The notes beneath the pieces were generated by a model that worked only from the letters and a program-made list of their open reading frames with translations, was not told where the DNA came from and searched no databases. This document shows, piece after piece, positions 1 through 15,196 of a stretch of DNA of 64,000 nt (the first letter of the stretch is position 1; the number at the start of each line of letters is the position of its first letter). The stretch is from Chrysomallon squamiferum. Lineage: Eukaryota; Animalia; Mollusca. Position numbers and translations under genes: made by a program. Location of the stretch: positions 868,001 to 932,000 of the forward strand of contig CM022669.1 of assembly GCA_012295275.1 (NCBI GenBank). Reading direction: 5' to 3'.

Positions 1-199
1 AGGTTTGATATTTTATTTGTCTGGTATCAGATAAAGTCTTTGTTATTTCTCTAATCTGATGTGAGGTTTGATATTTTATTTGTCTGGTATCAGATAAAGT
101 CTTTGTTATTTCTCTAATCTGATGTGAGGTTTGATAGTTTATTTGTCTGGTATCAGATAAAGTCTTTGTTATTTCTCTAATCTGATATAAGGTTTGATA
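1..199. repeat. 63-bp tandem repeat (~3 copies visible, truncated by the window edge)
   Basis: aggtttgatattttatttgtctggtatcagataaagtctttg... recurs at 1, 64, 127 and partially at 190. Confidence 0.95.
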
Positions 200-307
200 C
201 GCTAATTCAACATGTCTGGATGTGCGTTGAACATGATATTGCAGCTGTATGTACCTGTGTACGCTCATGTTGTTTGGTTATATTTTTCATTGTTTTTTTC
301 TCTGGGG

Positions 308-308
<1 letters not shown>

Positions 309-374
<66 letters not shown>

Positions 375-420
375 CATACATACATATCTATCTATCTATC
401 TCTCTCTATATATATATATT
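309..420. repeat. (TA)n compound microsatellite
   Basis: Pure TA run followed by TACA/TCTA units; explains ORFs 212..535, 220..426 and 249..461. Confidence 0.95.
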
Positions 421-2244
421 GTCTGATTCATTATTATTATTATTTTGTTGTTTTTTATTAGTTTTTTTTCTTTACGATGTCACATGTAAAAACATTGTTT
501 TCGTGCTAATCTCATATGTCATAAAAGCTTTCTAACTTAGGAGGTCAGCAGATCGTAGAAAGCTTCTAAATGTATAGTTCACTTCTATGTTGAAAATAAC
601 TGAAATGTAACTGATAAAAACTTGTTAAAACAGTTGCTGCACAAGTTAGCATGATTGCAAGCATTCAGTGCACGAGCAGTTTTTTAAACACATTCCAGTT
701 GCTGTACCGACTAGTTTCAAGTGAATGCGTTTTCACTGTGGCTAACAAACACATATCCAGTAATATGTACAGTTAGGATGGACAGCGCTGGAATAATAAT
801 AAATAAATAAAAATAATACAAAAATTTAAACCCAGTTACTCGGAAAATAAGAAGTTATTAACGTATGAAGAATTTAAAGACATTGCAAAAAGATTGCAAC
901 AAGACGACAAATAGAAGTTTGTAAAATAAATATCAAAGCTGAACAATGGGCTTAGTTCTCCGTGATTACAAAAACCATTGATGTGTGTGTATGTGTGTGT
1001 GTGTCTGTGTGTGTGTCTGTGTGTATGTTTGTGTGTCTGTGTGTGTCGGTGTGTGTGTGTGTGTGAATACACGCACATCTAGAGACAATTGGGCAGGTGG
1101 TCAGATCGGTATTTATGTAAAGAGAATGCTTGTCACTGTTCTGTTCTATGAATATGACAAAAGCTGCAGGCCAGAGTTAGAGAGCTGTATGATCTACTCT
1201 TAGCCACGTTTTATGAATTTAACCTGATTTCAACCTCAAATCATAAAAACAAACCTTGCTGAAAAAAATATACCATCTTGTTTAGTTCACTTTTTTTTTG
1301 TTTACCTTCGTATAAATTTAGTGAGAAGAAAAAGAAATAATATTATGAAATATAATTTATCCTTATGAAGGTTAGAAAAGTAAAATAAGATAAAATATAG
1401 AGTTAAATTGAATACAAAAGAAAAAAGAAAGAAAAAGAAAAAAGTACAATAATGTACAAGAAGAGAAAGAATATAATATATAACAGTGAAATTTTTATTT
1501 GTGATATTACTAAAACGTCTTGTTCCAAACCTCGTATTCATGTGATTTACAACTGGTTTCCAGATTTAGCGGCTTGCACAAATGAAGATCGCGGAACTAC
1601 AAAGTCGCTAGTCTAAGAATATCGATATAAACTGATTGATTGATTCGAGAAATAATAAAATCAGTGATAGTCCTTTCTTCACTACTGATGTTTTGTATAA
1701 CAAAATTTCATTAGTACATGAAATAATAATAATAACTGTAATTTGTCTTATTACGTTATACGTTTCATTAACGAATTAAAACATAATTTTAGATCTGTAT
1801 TATGAAATCTTCAGTGACAAAAATAATTAATCTGAGAGTTAATAATAGTATCAGTAATAAAACTAGACTTCTAGATGTAGCCTTAGCGTTTTCTCATTTC
1901 ATTCAGAATTCATTGGCAAATATTTCTTAACCGCGGGGACTAAAACGCGTCATTCTAAAAGTGATCTTGTGCCGGAAATGTACTGCGGATGTGTTACGAC
2001 GTCGTGTATGTAATCAGCAACGTCTTGCTTTAATTAGGTCACACAAACAGCTCGTGCAAACTGATAAACACGCAGCAGTTCGTGACACGCGGTGTTTGAC
2101 TCTGTCAGTTCTTCCCTGAACTGGGCGAGGTCAGAGGTCGCTCGTGCAGTCTGCTACGTTTCGTGTCAAATGTCAACTCGCATTTCTAACACTGAAATAG
2201 TTTTGTACTAAGTTACTGAATAAAGCACATGTTATACGTTGGTT

Positions 2245-2292
<48 letters not shown>

Positions 2293-2935
2293 TATTTAAA
2301 TGAATACATGGAAAAAATTATTTTAATTCTTCTGTAAGTTTAATTGTTTTAAAGAGTTTTCAGATTTTAATTCTTTAACGATAATTTTAAATAAACAAAT
2401 AAATAAATAAAATATTTTTTTGTAAAGAAGTCTGTTAGATCTAGGCTCATTTTCGAGCATTGCTTATTGCGCTGATTAATTATTTATCTTTTTTAATTTT
2501 TATAAAAATGTTTATTGTTTTGTTTATTTATTTTATTTCTTTTTCTTTTATTCGTTTTCTTTTATTAATGAGTTTCGTGTTGTTTACTCTGTAAGAGAAA
2601 TAAAACATTGTGTGTTTGATACAGAGAGAATATGTAAATTAACTCTGGGTTTCTTTCTTGTTTGTTTGAGGAATTTGTTTGATGTATCAAAGAAATAAAA
2701 TTAGTTTTCGTTTACTCTCCTCGTCATCGCATTGTGTGTGTCAGTGAGGTGGCAACAGCCCCAGCACGACTTCCTGTGTCGGCGTTTAACTACGTCAACT
2801 GTTTGTCGTCGTGACAGTCGAAAGTGTGGCAGTCACAAAAATAGCTACAGCCGCACCCAGAGCAGCTACAATGATGTCGAGGAAAAAACGAATCAATTCT
2901 AGAACGTCGTTCACGTCTCGTCAGAATTTAACAGA

Positions 2936-3410
2936 ATAAACAACAACAAACACTAAAATAACAACAACAAACACTAAAATAACAACAACAAACACTAAAA
3001 TTACAACAAACACTAAAATAACAACAACAAAAACTAGAATAATAACAACAACAGACACTAAAATAACAACAACAAACACTAAAATAACAACAAAAACTAA
3101 AATAACAACAAACACTAAAATAACAACAACAGACACTAAAATAAAAACAACAAACACTAAAATAATAACAAACACTAAAATAACAACAAAAACTAAAATA
3201 ATAACAAACACTAAAATAACAACAAACACTAAAATAATAACAACAAACACTAAAATAATACCAACAAACATTAAAATAACAACAAAAACTAAAATAATAA
3301 CAACAAACATTAAAATAACAACAACAAAAACTAAAATAACAACAACAAAAACTAAAATAATAACAACAACAAACACTAAAATAATAACAACAACCACAAT
3401 AATGAAAACA
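2936..3410. repeat. AAC/AAT-derived minisatellite (unit ~18-24 bp, aacaacaacaaacactaaaat)
   Basis: Repeated (aac)n-aaacactaaaat blocks; the source of the VVILVF and CCYFSV pseudo-ORFs. Confidence 0.9.
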
Positions 3411-5536
3411 ACACCAGTAATGAATACTAAAGACCAAAATTCAAAGAAAATATATCAAGATAATAATAAGGACCTGCAACAAATAAACAACACTAAAGAT
3501 AATGTAAATATCAGTAAATCAACTACATTAAATGGAAACCATCATACAACCATTATTAGATAAAACTACTGGTTCATTCTTTAATACAGAATCTAGTAAT
3601 AATATTTTGAATTAAGACAATTTTCTTAAAGCAGCTACAAGAACTTGGTGAAATAATTTCTATAATAGAGCAATTTGTAATTATCTTACAAATGCTTGAA
3701 AATAAGCAGACACACACACATACGCACGCACACACACACATACGCACACACACACACACATTGTTTTTATTACTACTGTATTACCTTTTTATAATTTATT
3801 TTTTCATTTTTTTTCTTCTTCTTTTTATTTTATCATACACAGCTGTGAAAGTGTTGATTTAGCGGGGAGTATCATTAAATACTACAAATTAGGAGAAGAA
3901 AAGTGGGTTATTTGTTAACTAAATAGCGTGATTAACTGTGGGAGTGTTTCAAATAGCTCGCGTGTCTTCCTCTTAAAAAATCGTGATTGCTCGATGTGCG
4001 TGGTTACGAAAAACAAACCGGAGCATGGAACCGGGCCAGACCCAGTCTGATGACGCAGGACGCACGCTTTAGCGGAGGATGTAAATATTTTAGCAGGCAG
4101 TTACATAAAATTTAAAAGTAGAAAATAATTGTCAGTGACGTTTCTGTCTAGCATGATACGCATACACACATACATACATACCTGTACACCTACGTAAACA
4201 TACTTATGTATACACATACATTTAATATTCATAAATACATAAATACATAAAAACAATCACACATACATACTTGTGTTCTTTTGAATATATATTATGTCCT
4301 TATTCATTTAAGTATTTATATTGTAATGATATTAAACAAATGCAGATGCACAGAAAGAAAACTAAATTTATAGAGGAAAAAGAAATAAGAGAAAAGGAGA
4401 GAAAAAAAAGTAAGAAAAAGGAAAGAAAGAAAGAATTTTTAAATTTATCAAGACACATACTCTGTTACGGATGTGTACAAAGAAAATCTGACTTCGGCCC
4501 TGGAATAGCAGACATTAGAAATAAACTCACTGTGATTAATCAGGAGACTTTTTTTTATTTCATTTGTGACGTTATCGTCAATTTAAGACGATTAAATAAC
4601 ATTTGAAACTTTGACTTTGACTTTATTCTCGTAAACTGTAGGATTACCGAGAAAAATGTATTACAGACGTATAATAACAAAATTAGAATTAAAATGCACA
4701 TTAAACAGAAGGATTTATATACCTTGATTAATACGATTAATTAGTTAATCCATCGACGTAACCGTTACCACGCTTATCGAAATCGGTTAATCAGGTGTAA
4801 TAAATAATGATCAGTGAACAATAGCACATTGTTATAATTAACAATACCGCGTTAATCGCTTTAAACAAGGGATACCAGTTAATAAAACGTATTATTATAT
4901 TTGCTATTACTATATAAATGTCTTAATTATTACATTAGCTTTCTTTTTCTTTATATGTATTATTATTATTATTATTATTATTATCTTTGTTCAGTTATGA
5001 TTTATTTATTCCTCATTGTTATTTATAATAATTCATCCTAACGCTGTTTATAATTTTTCTTCTCTACGTTTTATTCTTTCCAGTGTTAGCGGTTTCGACT
5101 TCACGCATGTTCCTGTTTTCGGGAGTGTTTTATTTTCGACCTGTCTTGAGCAGGTGATCATGCACTGCAAACTGAAGAAAAACTCTTATTGTTGTTAATC
5201 TGCGCGTCTGACAAGCTTGGCCTGTACAAACACGAGTAAATCTTAGTAAAGCTGCTCTTTTCACTGATATGTTTAATGTCAAAAACTCAGTCTGCGAGCA
5301 GAGACTCGGTTATCAGTGAGGTCAAAATTAACATACAGCGACAAGAGAGATGTTAGCTTGACAGTCTTTTTTTCTTCTTTCCATCTTTTTGTTTCTTTTT
5401 CCTCTTCTTTCTTTCTTTTTCTTCTTTTATTCGTCTTTATTTATTTTGATTTATTTTGTTTTGTTTTGTTTTGTTTACTTTAGTATGCATTACTTTATTT
5501 TAATTTAATTTTAATATTATAATAATCTATCTATAT

Positions 5537-5591
<55 letters not shown>

Positions 5592-6104
5592 ACACACACA
5601 TACACATACACACACACACACAGGTTATTACTGGTACAGAGAGGTCCTATGCGTTTTTTCCATAACTTTTAAGATTTTGCAGTAAATATCTTCCCATGAT
5701 GAGGTTAGAGCCTGAATTTAAAACAACTCTTAATAAGCCGGAGTTGTGCTTAGATCGACCTTTCCGTGTCATGTTTTAAAATTCACAAATATCGGCAGGC
5801 CTGCTTTTTAATTATTGCTTCAAACTCCATACGTATTATACTTGAAAGGAATTAGTGAACAGAATCAATTACTTTCTTTTGATCCCCTCTAGGTCAAAGT
5901 TCGGCTGGTGCTGTTGGTGTGGGGTCACGTGACGACGTTGTTTTCGTTTTCTGTAATCGCCAGTGTTTGTCTAACTCGACATTACCCTGCAGTGGGGAAA
6001 TACGCGAGATACTTTGACTTGCGTGTTTTCAGACTTAAACAGCAATTAGCGGTTTATATCGCGCAGAATAAACTGTTAATCATTCTTGTGTATCTTCTAA
6101 AGTT

Positions 6105-6179
<75 letters not shown>

Positions 6180-6667
6180 GTAGATGGCGTGTGTTTTGGC
6201 AACAGTTAAGAAGATCAGTTCTCTCTTGTGTGTTTTGTCTACGTCACTGTACACAGTTTAAATACGGTTACCTGCTGAACCATGTTTCAAAATGAAAGTA
6301 AAAATTTCAATATTATTATTTATTTAAGATAACCTAAACACATTTGACTAATAATGGTTATGGTCAAATATGATTTTTTAAATTATTATTATTATTTTAT
6401 TTTTTTTTTTGTTTTTTACTTGTTTTTGTTGTTGTTTTACGGTAGATCAATTCAGCGGCTTCTGTCATCAACTAGAGACACATAGACAGTGAGACACACA
6501 GACAACGAGACACACAGACAGTGAGACAAACAGACAGTGAGACACACAAACACAAACAGACAGTGTCGTCTGAGACACACAACACTGTGTTTGAAACTGC
6601 CACAGGAAACAGCTTCAACCAGTTAGAATTTTTCACCCTAAGATGTCCAGTGTGTAACGACATAAAC

Positions 6668-7190
6668 AGAAATCACAGTAAATAGTCACGAGTAGAAGAA
6701 ATCACAGTAGATAGTCACGAGTATAAGAAATGCACAGGAGATAGTCACGAGTATAAGAAATCACAGGAGATAGTCACGTGTATAAGAAATCACAGGAGAT
6801 AGTCACGAGTATAAGAAATCACAGGAGATAGTCACGTGTATAAGAAATCACAGGATAGTCAGATAGTCACGGAGATAAAAGTAAATCAAATCACACACAG
6901 TAGATAGTCATCTGCACAGTGTATAAACAGTACTTAAATCAGGATATAGTCAACCACTGGATAGTCACTCGTATAAACAAATCACAGGAGATAGTCACGT
7001 GTATAAGAAATCACAGTGGATAGTTACGTGTTTAAGAAATCACAGGAGATAGTCACGTGTATAAGAAATCACAGGAGATAGTCACGTGTAATGAAATCAC
7101 AGTGGATAGTCACGTGTTTAAGAAATCACAGGAGATTGTCGCGTGTATAAGAAATCACAGGAGATAGTCACGTGTATAAGAAATCACACA
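6668..7190. repeat. 29-bp minisatellite (agaaatcacaggagatagtcacgtgtata)
   Basis: 29-bp period (e.g. taagaaat at 6783 and 6812); many units carry the CACGTG palindrome; a garbled stretch lies at ~6855-6975. Confidence 0.9.
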
Positions 7191-8084
7191 CAGTAACAAC
7201 AGTTAGTCATCTGTACAGGAAACATGTACAGAACAGTACTTAAATCTTCTACTGTGACAACCTCTGCATACATCTATTGTAACACATTTGTGCCATATAT
7301 AGTTACAAATTAATTCTCTTTAAATAGGAAAACTACTTCTGTATGAATAAAAAAATGTTTAGATATTATCATCATCTTCATTATTTATTTAATTATTTAT
7401 TTATTTTCATTTATTTATTTATTATTCTTGTTGTTATTCTTCTTCTTCTTCTTCTTCTACTACTTCTTCTTCTTATTATTATCATTATTACTGGTAGTTA
7501 TTGTTGTTGTTGTTTTTATTATTAGTAGTAGTAGTAATAGTAGTATTATTAATGTATAATATTTACAATATGTATTACGCACGTGTCACGTGATTGACAT
7601 ACAACAGGTGATATACACGTAATATGTTACAACACAGAGTTTAAACAGTGAAATATCTGTACCTGTTGCTGTTTTTTCAGTGTTTACATGTTATGTTTTC
7701 ACAACTGGACACATGTGGACTAAAGTCAACACGAAAAGTCAACAGTTGTTGACTCTGGGCAGCGAACTCTGACAGCGAGGAAAAAGACAGTTTTTAACGT
7801 CGTGCAAACAGTTTATGTGCAAGAATTTGAAATGTCTGTTGACATGTGCATTATGTCATCACCACTGACCCAAACTTAGTGCTGGAATGTTACATGGTGT
7901 TTGCAGAAAGGTTCATGGTTAAGTGGAAATAATAACTTCATACAGACACTGAACGTTTTCACCTTGTTTAAAAACAAACTACAATATTTTTAGTTTTTAT
8001 TTGATGTACATACAGGATAATGTCCGCAAAAGTCACGAGTTAGACATTAAATGCAACAAAAACATAACTATAACATAACATCAG

Positions 8085-8218
8085 TTATACTAGTAGTACT
8101 ATTAACGACGTGTGTACTGTAGAAGTCGTTTTTGAAGTCGTAGTGGTTGAAGTAGATGTTGAAATAGATGTTGTAGTATGTTTTACCGTTGCAAAACCCT
8201 GCTTGGCCAAAACAGCAC
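8085..8218 (-). CDS. Candidate Thr/Ser-rich terminal exon of unknown gene
   Basis: The acceptor ttttctcag| is followed by the phase-1 frame (G)AVLAKQGFATVKHTTTSISTSTSTTTTSKTTSTVHTSLIVLLV*, with mixed Thr/Ser codons. It could instead be a degenerate (ACT)n repeat. Confidence 0.2.
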
Positions 8219-9039
8219 CTGAGAAAATCTACAAAAAACCTCCACACACTGAAATATTTACAACTGGAGCTGTTCTTATGTATTCTCTAATAACACACTG
8301 AACACGAATAACCAGTGGCAGATCTTCACTGTACTGACAGCAGAGCTGAATATAAATTCAGAAATCTTGAGGAAAGTACAAATTAACGACTTAGATATTT
8401 CTACTTAAACGTGAAAAGGGTGGCTTTTTTCGATAGTGGGGGTATTTTTGTTAATTTTTGTTTGTTTTGTTTTATTAATTAATATGCAATACAGAGAAAA
8501 CATACTTGAAAAGATAAGTTTTACAACGTATAGACTGGAGAGCATTACTATCGCGAAGTCGCTGCAAGCTAATTTATGCTGGCTACACATACATAAGAAT
8601 ACAACAACGAAAAAAAGCAAGAGAATAGATCTCCAAGGACTGATATGGATATATGCTTTGTGATATGAATAGAAAAAAATTTATTGCCACTTTATTTTTA
8701 AATTTATTTATTTATTTATTTATTTATTAACATTTATTTATTTATTTGACAATGTAATTTAATAATTTGTTAATAAAATTTTTTATTCCATCTTGTCTTT
8801 CATGATACTTTGACCATGTTGCCGTAACAGTAGTAGCCTTTGTTGTTAGTAGTTTTCCTCACTACAGTGTCCACATGATAAAATTTCCTGTCGTTTTGTA
8901 ATAAAACTGTTCTTCTTGACTTTCGATAATATTTGCCAGTAACAGTGGTAGCTGTTGTGGTAGTTTTGTTGTAATAGTTCATCGTGTTGTTGCTGCAGAG
9001 GTTGTAGAATTAGTAGTTTTGTAGTAGTAGTAGTAGTTT

Positions 9040-9099
<60 letters not shown>

Positions 9100-12000
9100 G
9101 AGTTTAGTAGTTGTTAAGAAGAATTAGTGTTAATCGAACTAACTAAAGAACACTATGAAAACAAATCAGGTATTTCAAGTTCTTTTCACCTCTTCACTCT
9201 TTTTTCTTCCCGTCACAGCAAACTGACAGGAAATAGCAGAGACTGCCGGGAAACAATGACGTGCAGTGTTCGTCAGCTCGTTCTACGTCATCAGATACCT
9301 CAGAGCGAGGGTCAGGGCCGCTAGACGCGTTCCTGCAAATCACGTGACTCCCTCGACATTTTACATCTTTCTCTTCTTTTGTAAGAAAATATTTCAAAAA
9401 GTGTCCTTTAGTGAAACAAAGAATCAGTGATCTGACAGAACGAGAAACATTTCTGACGTCACAAATGAGATAAGAAATTTCTTCTTTTCTCTTGTTCTTT
9501 CTTTTTTTTTCTTCTGTTTTATCCTTTGTTCTTTGTGTTTGTGTTTGTGTTTGTTCTTATTCGGAATAAAGTTGTACAACATTCTTATTATAAACATTTG
9601 TCCTTTTCTTCTTCTTCTTCTTCTTCTTATTATTATTTATGAAATGTTTAGAAATTTTTGTATATCCACTTAAGAATGTTTATTTAGTTTATTTAGTTTC
9701 ATGGTAGATATAAGAACGACAGAAACAATCAAACGAAGAAACAAGTACTAAAATCGTAGGATGGTGAGTTATTTAAGCAAAATAATTTCAAAAATGTACC
9801 CAGTGAAATAAAACATTTTAGACTGAGTATTAGAGATGTATGTATTAAAACAGCAGCTGAGCCTCCCTCGGCAAAGTTTCGATCTGGGTGGAGTAAAGAA
9901 TTTCTGGAAGGCACATGCGCAAACATGATACGACATCAGAGGCGGCAGACGTCAACGTTAAGATTGATCGACTGGTTTGCTGTTAGCCACCTACAACTTA
10001 GTGTTGAAGATTATCGGCGTAACGTTTGTATTTACACAGCCATCGTCTTCCATTTTGTTTTTTTACACGAGTACTGTTTTCTGGAATTTTATACGATTGT
10101 GTAGACACACTTTGACCGCCCAGTGAGTTAAACTCGAAGTTACGCCCGATGAAGAACGAGGATTACTGTCCGAATTGAATAAAAGAAAATAGACAAATTT
10201 ACTTGTACAAAATATAGTTAGGTGTATCGCGTTGTTGTATTTTATTTTATCTATCGCTATACTGCCTATTTAATCTATCTATCTATTTTTATTTATTTAT
10301 TTATAGAAATTAGTTATGTTTCAAGTATTAATTTTTGTCAGAAACAAGAATTAGTGTACACTGTATTTACAAAATATCTTTTAGTAAATATCACAAGTGT
10401 TTTTGAAATCTGGCTGATTGTCACTCGTGTTTTCACTGACAGGTTATCTGATTTTGGCATTTCTGACAGAAGTTTAGTTCTACAAACTGTAGAGAATTTT
10501 CAGTGAATTTTTATGTGGCAAGTCAAACCTTTTTTTTAATTTAATTTAATTTTATATATATGGAAATGCTTTGTAAACACAAATTGATTACTGAAATTAT
10601 TATTGTTATTATTATTGTTGTTGTTGTTGTGTGTTGTTGCGTGTTTACCTAAATAAGACAATAAAATGATATTAATATTTTTTTTCATAGTTTTATTTAT
10701 ATTACTATTTTATTACAGGTATACCACCTATTTTCTGGAATACATGGTTTCAAAGACTTTCCACATTAATAAAAGTTAATAGTTTATCCAGTCCAAAATA
10801 TGTCAAATAATAAAAATTCAACAGTACGCTTTTGAGCAACTTAATATAATTATACCCATGCATGGCTGCTATGATTCAAAAGCAAAGTATACTGCTAGGA
10901 ACTTAAGTTAAACAAATAACAAATTAATCGTTTAAATGAAACACATTAAGATAAATATTATAAGTTTATTAGTGCAGGCAGTAAAATAAAATGGTTAATT
11001 TTAAACGTTAATTACCTAAACGTGAAATGCTTTGTTTCATCAGGTTTAAAACTGGTTCAAATTATCACGATTCGGAAAAAACGATCGTATACTTGCGTTA
11101 CTTTTATTATTATTATTATTATTATTATTACTACTATCTTTTTTTTTATTTTATTTTTAAATTTTATTTATTTATTTCCCACATTGTTTTTTATTTCGAC
11201 TGTAACTAGAGATATGAAAGAATGTAACGGAAGTAATGAAATCCGGGTAAAACTATTTCTGTATTTGATTACAGCTGTCGCTGACTGGTTTCACTCCGGA
11301 AATCGCCTCAAAATGGGTGTGTGAATGTTCAAATTAATCCCTCTATATTTCAAACATGTCGTCGTTTCTGAAAGCAAATATTGAAACCACTGATCAATAT
11401 CTCAGTAAATACGACACCAGTCAGCCCCTACAGACATCTCTGTTTGACTTGTCACCACGCTGATTCGTAAACTTTATTTACTGAAATCTTTACTACCGTC
11501 CATTTATTTAGTAAAATTCTGTAGTTTTCTATTTGATTTACTGCAACGAAATTTATCAGTGAAATTTATTATTTATGTTTAGTTACTAGTTAATCGATGA
11601 CCAACTCAAAAAACGACAAAAAAAAGAAAAAAAAAAAAAGTGCCAAGTGTAAAAAATAAATCAACACAAAGATGCTTTTCCAACATCATCCAGAGAGTAA
11701 TACTGATCAGTTCGATGAAAAAGAAAGAAGAAGATATAACCTGAGATAGACAGAAGAAGGTATATGACAGCAAAGTTAAAGAAGATAGCACGTTATAAAT
11801 GAATTAAGAGAACACTGGCGGGTGGTTCGGTCAGTAATTCAGCTGACCCGATCTTTAACACAGAGCTTTAGTGAGAGGAATTTGTTTCCAACACCTAACT
11901 TGAATCTCAGTAAGAAGATCAGGACAGCTCTGTGTGACGTAACACCGTGGTTTAAAAAGAAATGTGGAGAGAGAGTGAGTACTCGCGATCTACAAATGTA

Positions 12001-12887
12001 AAGTGAGTCCAGTGTGTACGTAACGTCTAGCGTCAAGGACGAAATATCTTGGTCCCTAAGACTTTAATCCAGCTGACAGAACTTTCCTTGTTTTAACTCG
12101 AGATACGATGAGTAAATCTGAGCTTTCTTTCCACGCAGCTCTTCTTTACATGTTTTACTTTGAGTCTCTGGCGTACAACCTTGAAATATTATCAGTTATC
12201 CATCATGGTAATACATTTAAAAAGTTATATTTTTACAATTAATAATAATAATAATCCTGCTAGTTTTTGAGAAAACTGAATTTAATAATAATAATAATAA
12301 TAATAAACAAACAAACAAATAAATAAATAATCAAGTCGACGTTCGTGTGTAACAGTTTTTCTTTGTTCAGTTTAATTATTGAATGTTTAAGTGTGTTGTT
12401 GATGAAGTAAATTTGTTTATTTCTTATGAACTGTGTAAGTGAGTATATCTATGTGTCAGTGTATATTCATATATACATGTATGTATGAGGAATCGGTGAG
12501 CGCTGTATTATTTAGCATTTCAATCTTTAAAAAAAAACAAAAAAAACTGTTGATTAAGTAAAATAAATCTGTTGATCAAATTTTTTATTTCCCTGCAAAA
12601 GTTAAAAAATACACACTCACTTTAATGTTACGTCATCGATTAGTTTAACAGCCAAACAGACACACAGAAAAATGAACACAAGCTATTTTTAGAAGGAAAT
12701 TGCAGTTTGCTTGTCTCATAGCGTTTATTCGTTTTCTGTGTGCAGCAGTTTGGAAGATGTGTGTGATGTAAACAGTCTCCACTCCCCGCTAAGCAACTAC
12801 AACACTTGTAAAAACGTAAACATTAAATATACTAAATCATTGAAAGCTTTTAAAGTGTTTAAAATATATTTTATCATATCTAAAATA

Positions 12888-13445
<558 letters not shown>

Positions 13446-14483
13446 TATAAAGAGAGAGATATACAAATATTCACACAACAAACTATTTATTTGTCACTTT
13501 TCTGTCTTTTGTTTTTCTTTTACTATTTATGGTGGTCAACACAAAAGTTTTATTTCACATAGGGAGATGATAAGATGCAAACTCTTGGATGTGGTTTTCT
13601 TTACAGTGCAATAGTTTAATTTTAGCCGTGATCAAACATAAAACAAAGAATAAACAGTCACCTCAAATGTATGTATGACGTCATTTTCACAACGCCTTTG
13701 TGAGTTATTTTATATCAAATAAATAACGTCATACTTCGATATATAATGCGATCATATTACGTCACACAAATAACATGAAACCAAGCTGTATCAAATGGAA
13801 TCATATCACATGTTATATTATTATTATAATATCGATTTTCGTTGTATCGCATAAATTGGTATTACTGTATATGACGTAAGCTAATGAAAGAACAAGGCTC
13901 CAGTTTTTTATTATTATGTACTTTTAACATTATATCTTTCTAAAAATAAATCAATAAAATGGTTATAACAGTAGTAATACAAAAGAGTGAAACAAAATGT
14001 TTGTTATTAATTCTAATTTACATTATTTTTGTAAAATGTTCATACGCATATAGATGCTAAAAAAAACAATTGACAACTTTGTTTATTTATTTTTATCCAC
14101 GATTAAAGTAATGTTGTGTGTTTTCAATGTTAAAGTGTTAACAGTTTCATTTCTGTACATCTGTCTTCGTTAGTTACTCTCGATTTTTAACCTCGAATTT
14201 TATGTTGACCATTTCAAATCAAACTTTTGTTTTTTTATGACAAACTCTAAATCTCATTTAAATGTGATGATTATATTTTTGTAAAACTTTCATAAAAATT
14301 GCTTCTCGTTGTAACTATTGATTTGATAATTGGTCACAGGTTTATAAACTAATAAGTCTCAGAAAAGACATAATTATCTCAAATCACGTGATCTCGAATA
14401 ATTCGTGAAAATGCCGAGAATTATCCTGATAAATTTGATGATGTTCATATGTATTTTCTTAAATTAGTAAAATTCTGTGTCAG

Positions 14484-14604
<121 letters not shown>

Positions 14605-14889
14605 ACTGATGTATTGTTATGAGACTATTTACTTGTATTAAACTATTTCTGTATATTTGTCAGATTTTGGAAACTTAAATCATCGGGAGAGTACAATGAC
14701 ATTACTTGTAAGCATACTAAAGTAAGGGAACAGAATGAACATTTATTTTAATAAACCTTTTTGCTCCATATTTTAATGTAAATTATAATATGAACGATCA
14801 AAGGAAATATGAAATATAATAATATTTTGTTATCTTCAAAATTTGTGTAACCTTAAAAATAACTAGCTAACTAAATAACTATATATTAA

Positions 14890-14928
<39 letters not shown>

Positions 14929-14939
14929 AATTCACTTAC

Positions 14940-14999
14940 CTTAGAAGACTGTATGTTTGAAAATATCAGTAATATTCCAAGCAGAAACAAAACGTTCAT
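14940..14999 (-). CDS. Candidate first coding exon encoding a signal peptide (secreted or membrane protein; remainder of gene unresolved)
   Basis: caaATG context; encodes MNVLFLLGILLIFSNIQSSK, immediately followed by a consensus donor AAG|GTAAGT (phase 0). A TATA box lies ~165 bp upstream. Confidence 0.55.
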
Positions 15000-15158
15000 T
15001 TGAAGCCTGAATGTGAAACACGGTTTCATGCTAACAGACTGTGAATCAGAGGCAGCAGGCAGCATATTGTAACAAGTTTTCAAAATAAATTATACAAATA
15101 TCAGTATTTCAAGTGAGAAATTAATACTGTAGCTGGGTGTTGATGTCACTCATAAATA

Positions 15159-15196
15159 TTTATATAACGTCGTCATCGTGTTGTCACACCACGTGG
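15159..15196 (-). promoter_or_regulatory. Putative TATA box plus upstream E-box for the 15-kb minus-strand gene
   Basis: TATATAAA on the - strand at 15166-15159 and CCACGTGG at ~15189-15196, upstream of the signal-peptide exon. Confidence 0.35.

Noticed and set aside
2870-2938. MMSRKKRINSRTSFTSRQNLTE* resembling a homeodomain N-terminal arm
   Set aside because: It stops immediately, has no helices 2-3 or WFxNRR nearby, and has no splice donor; probably chance.
2921-3437. Hydrophobic VVILVF ORF and Cys-rich CCYFSV ORF
   Set aside because: Opposite-strand readings of an AAC/AAT minisatellite.
11820-11855. Small hairpin tcggtcag...ctgacccga as tRNA, SINE or ncRNA
   Set aside because: No cloverleaf and no paired A/B boxes; too short to support a call.
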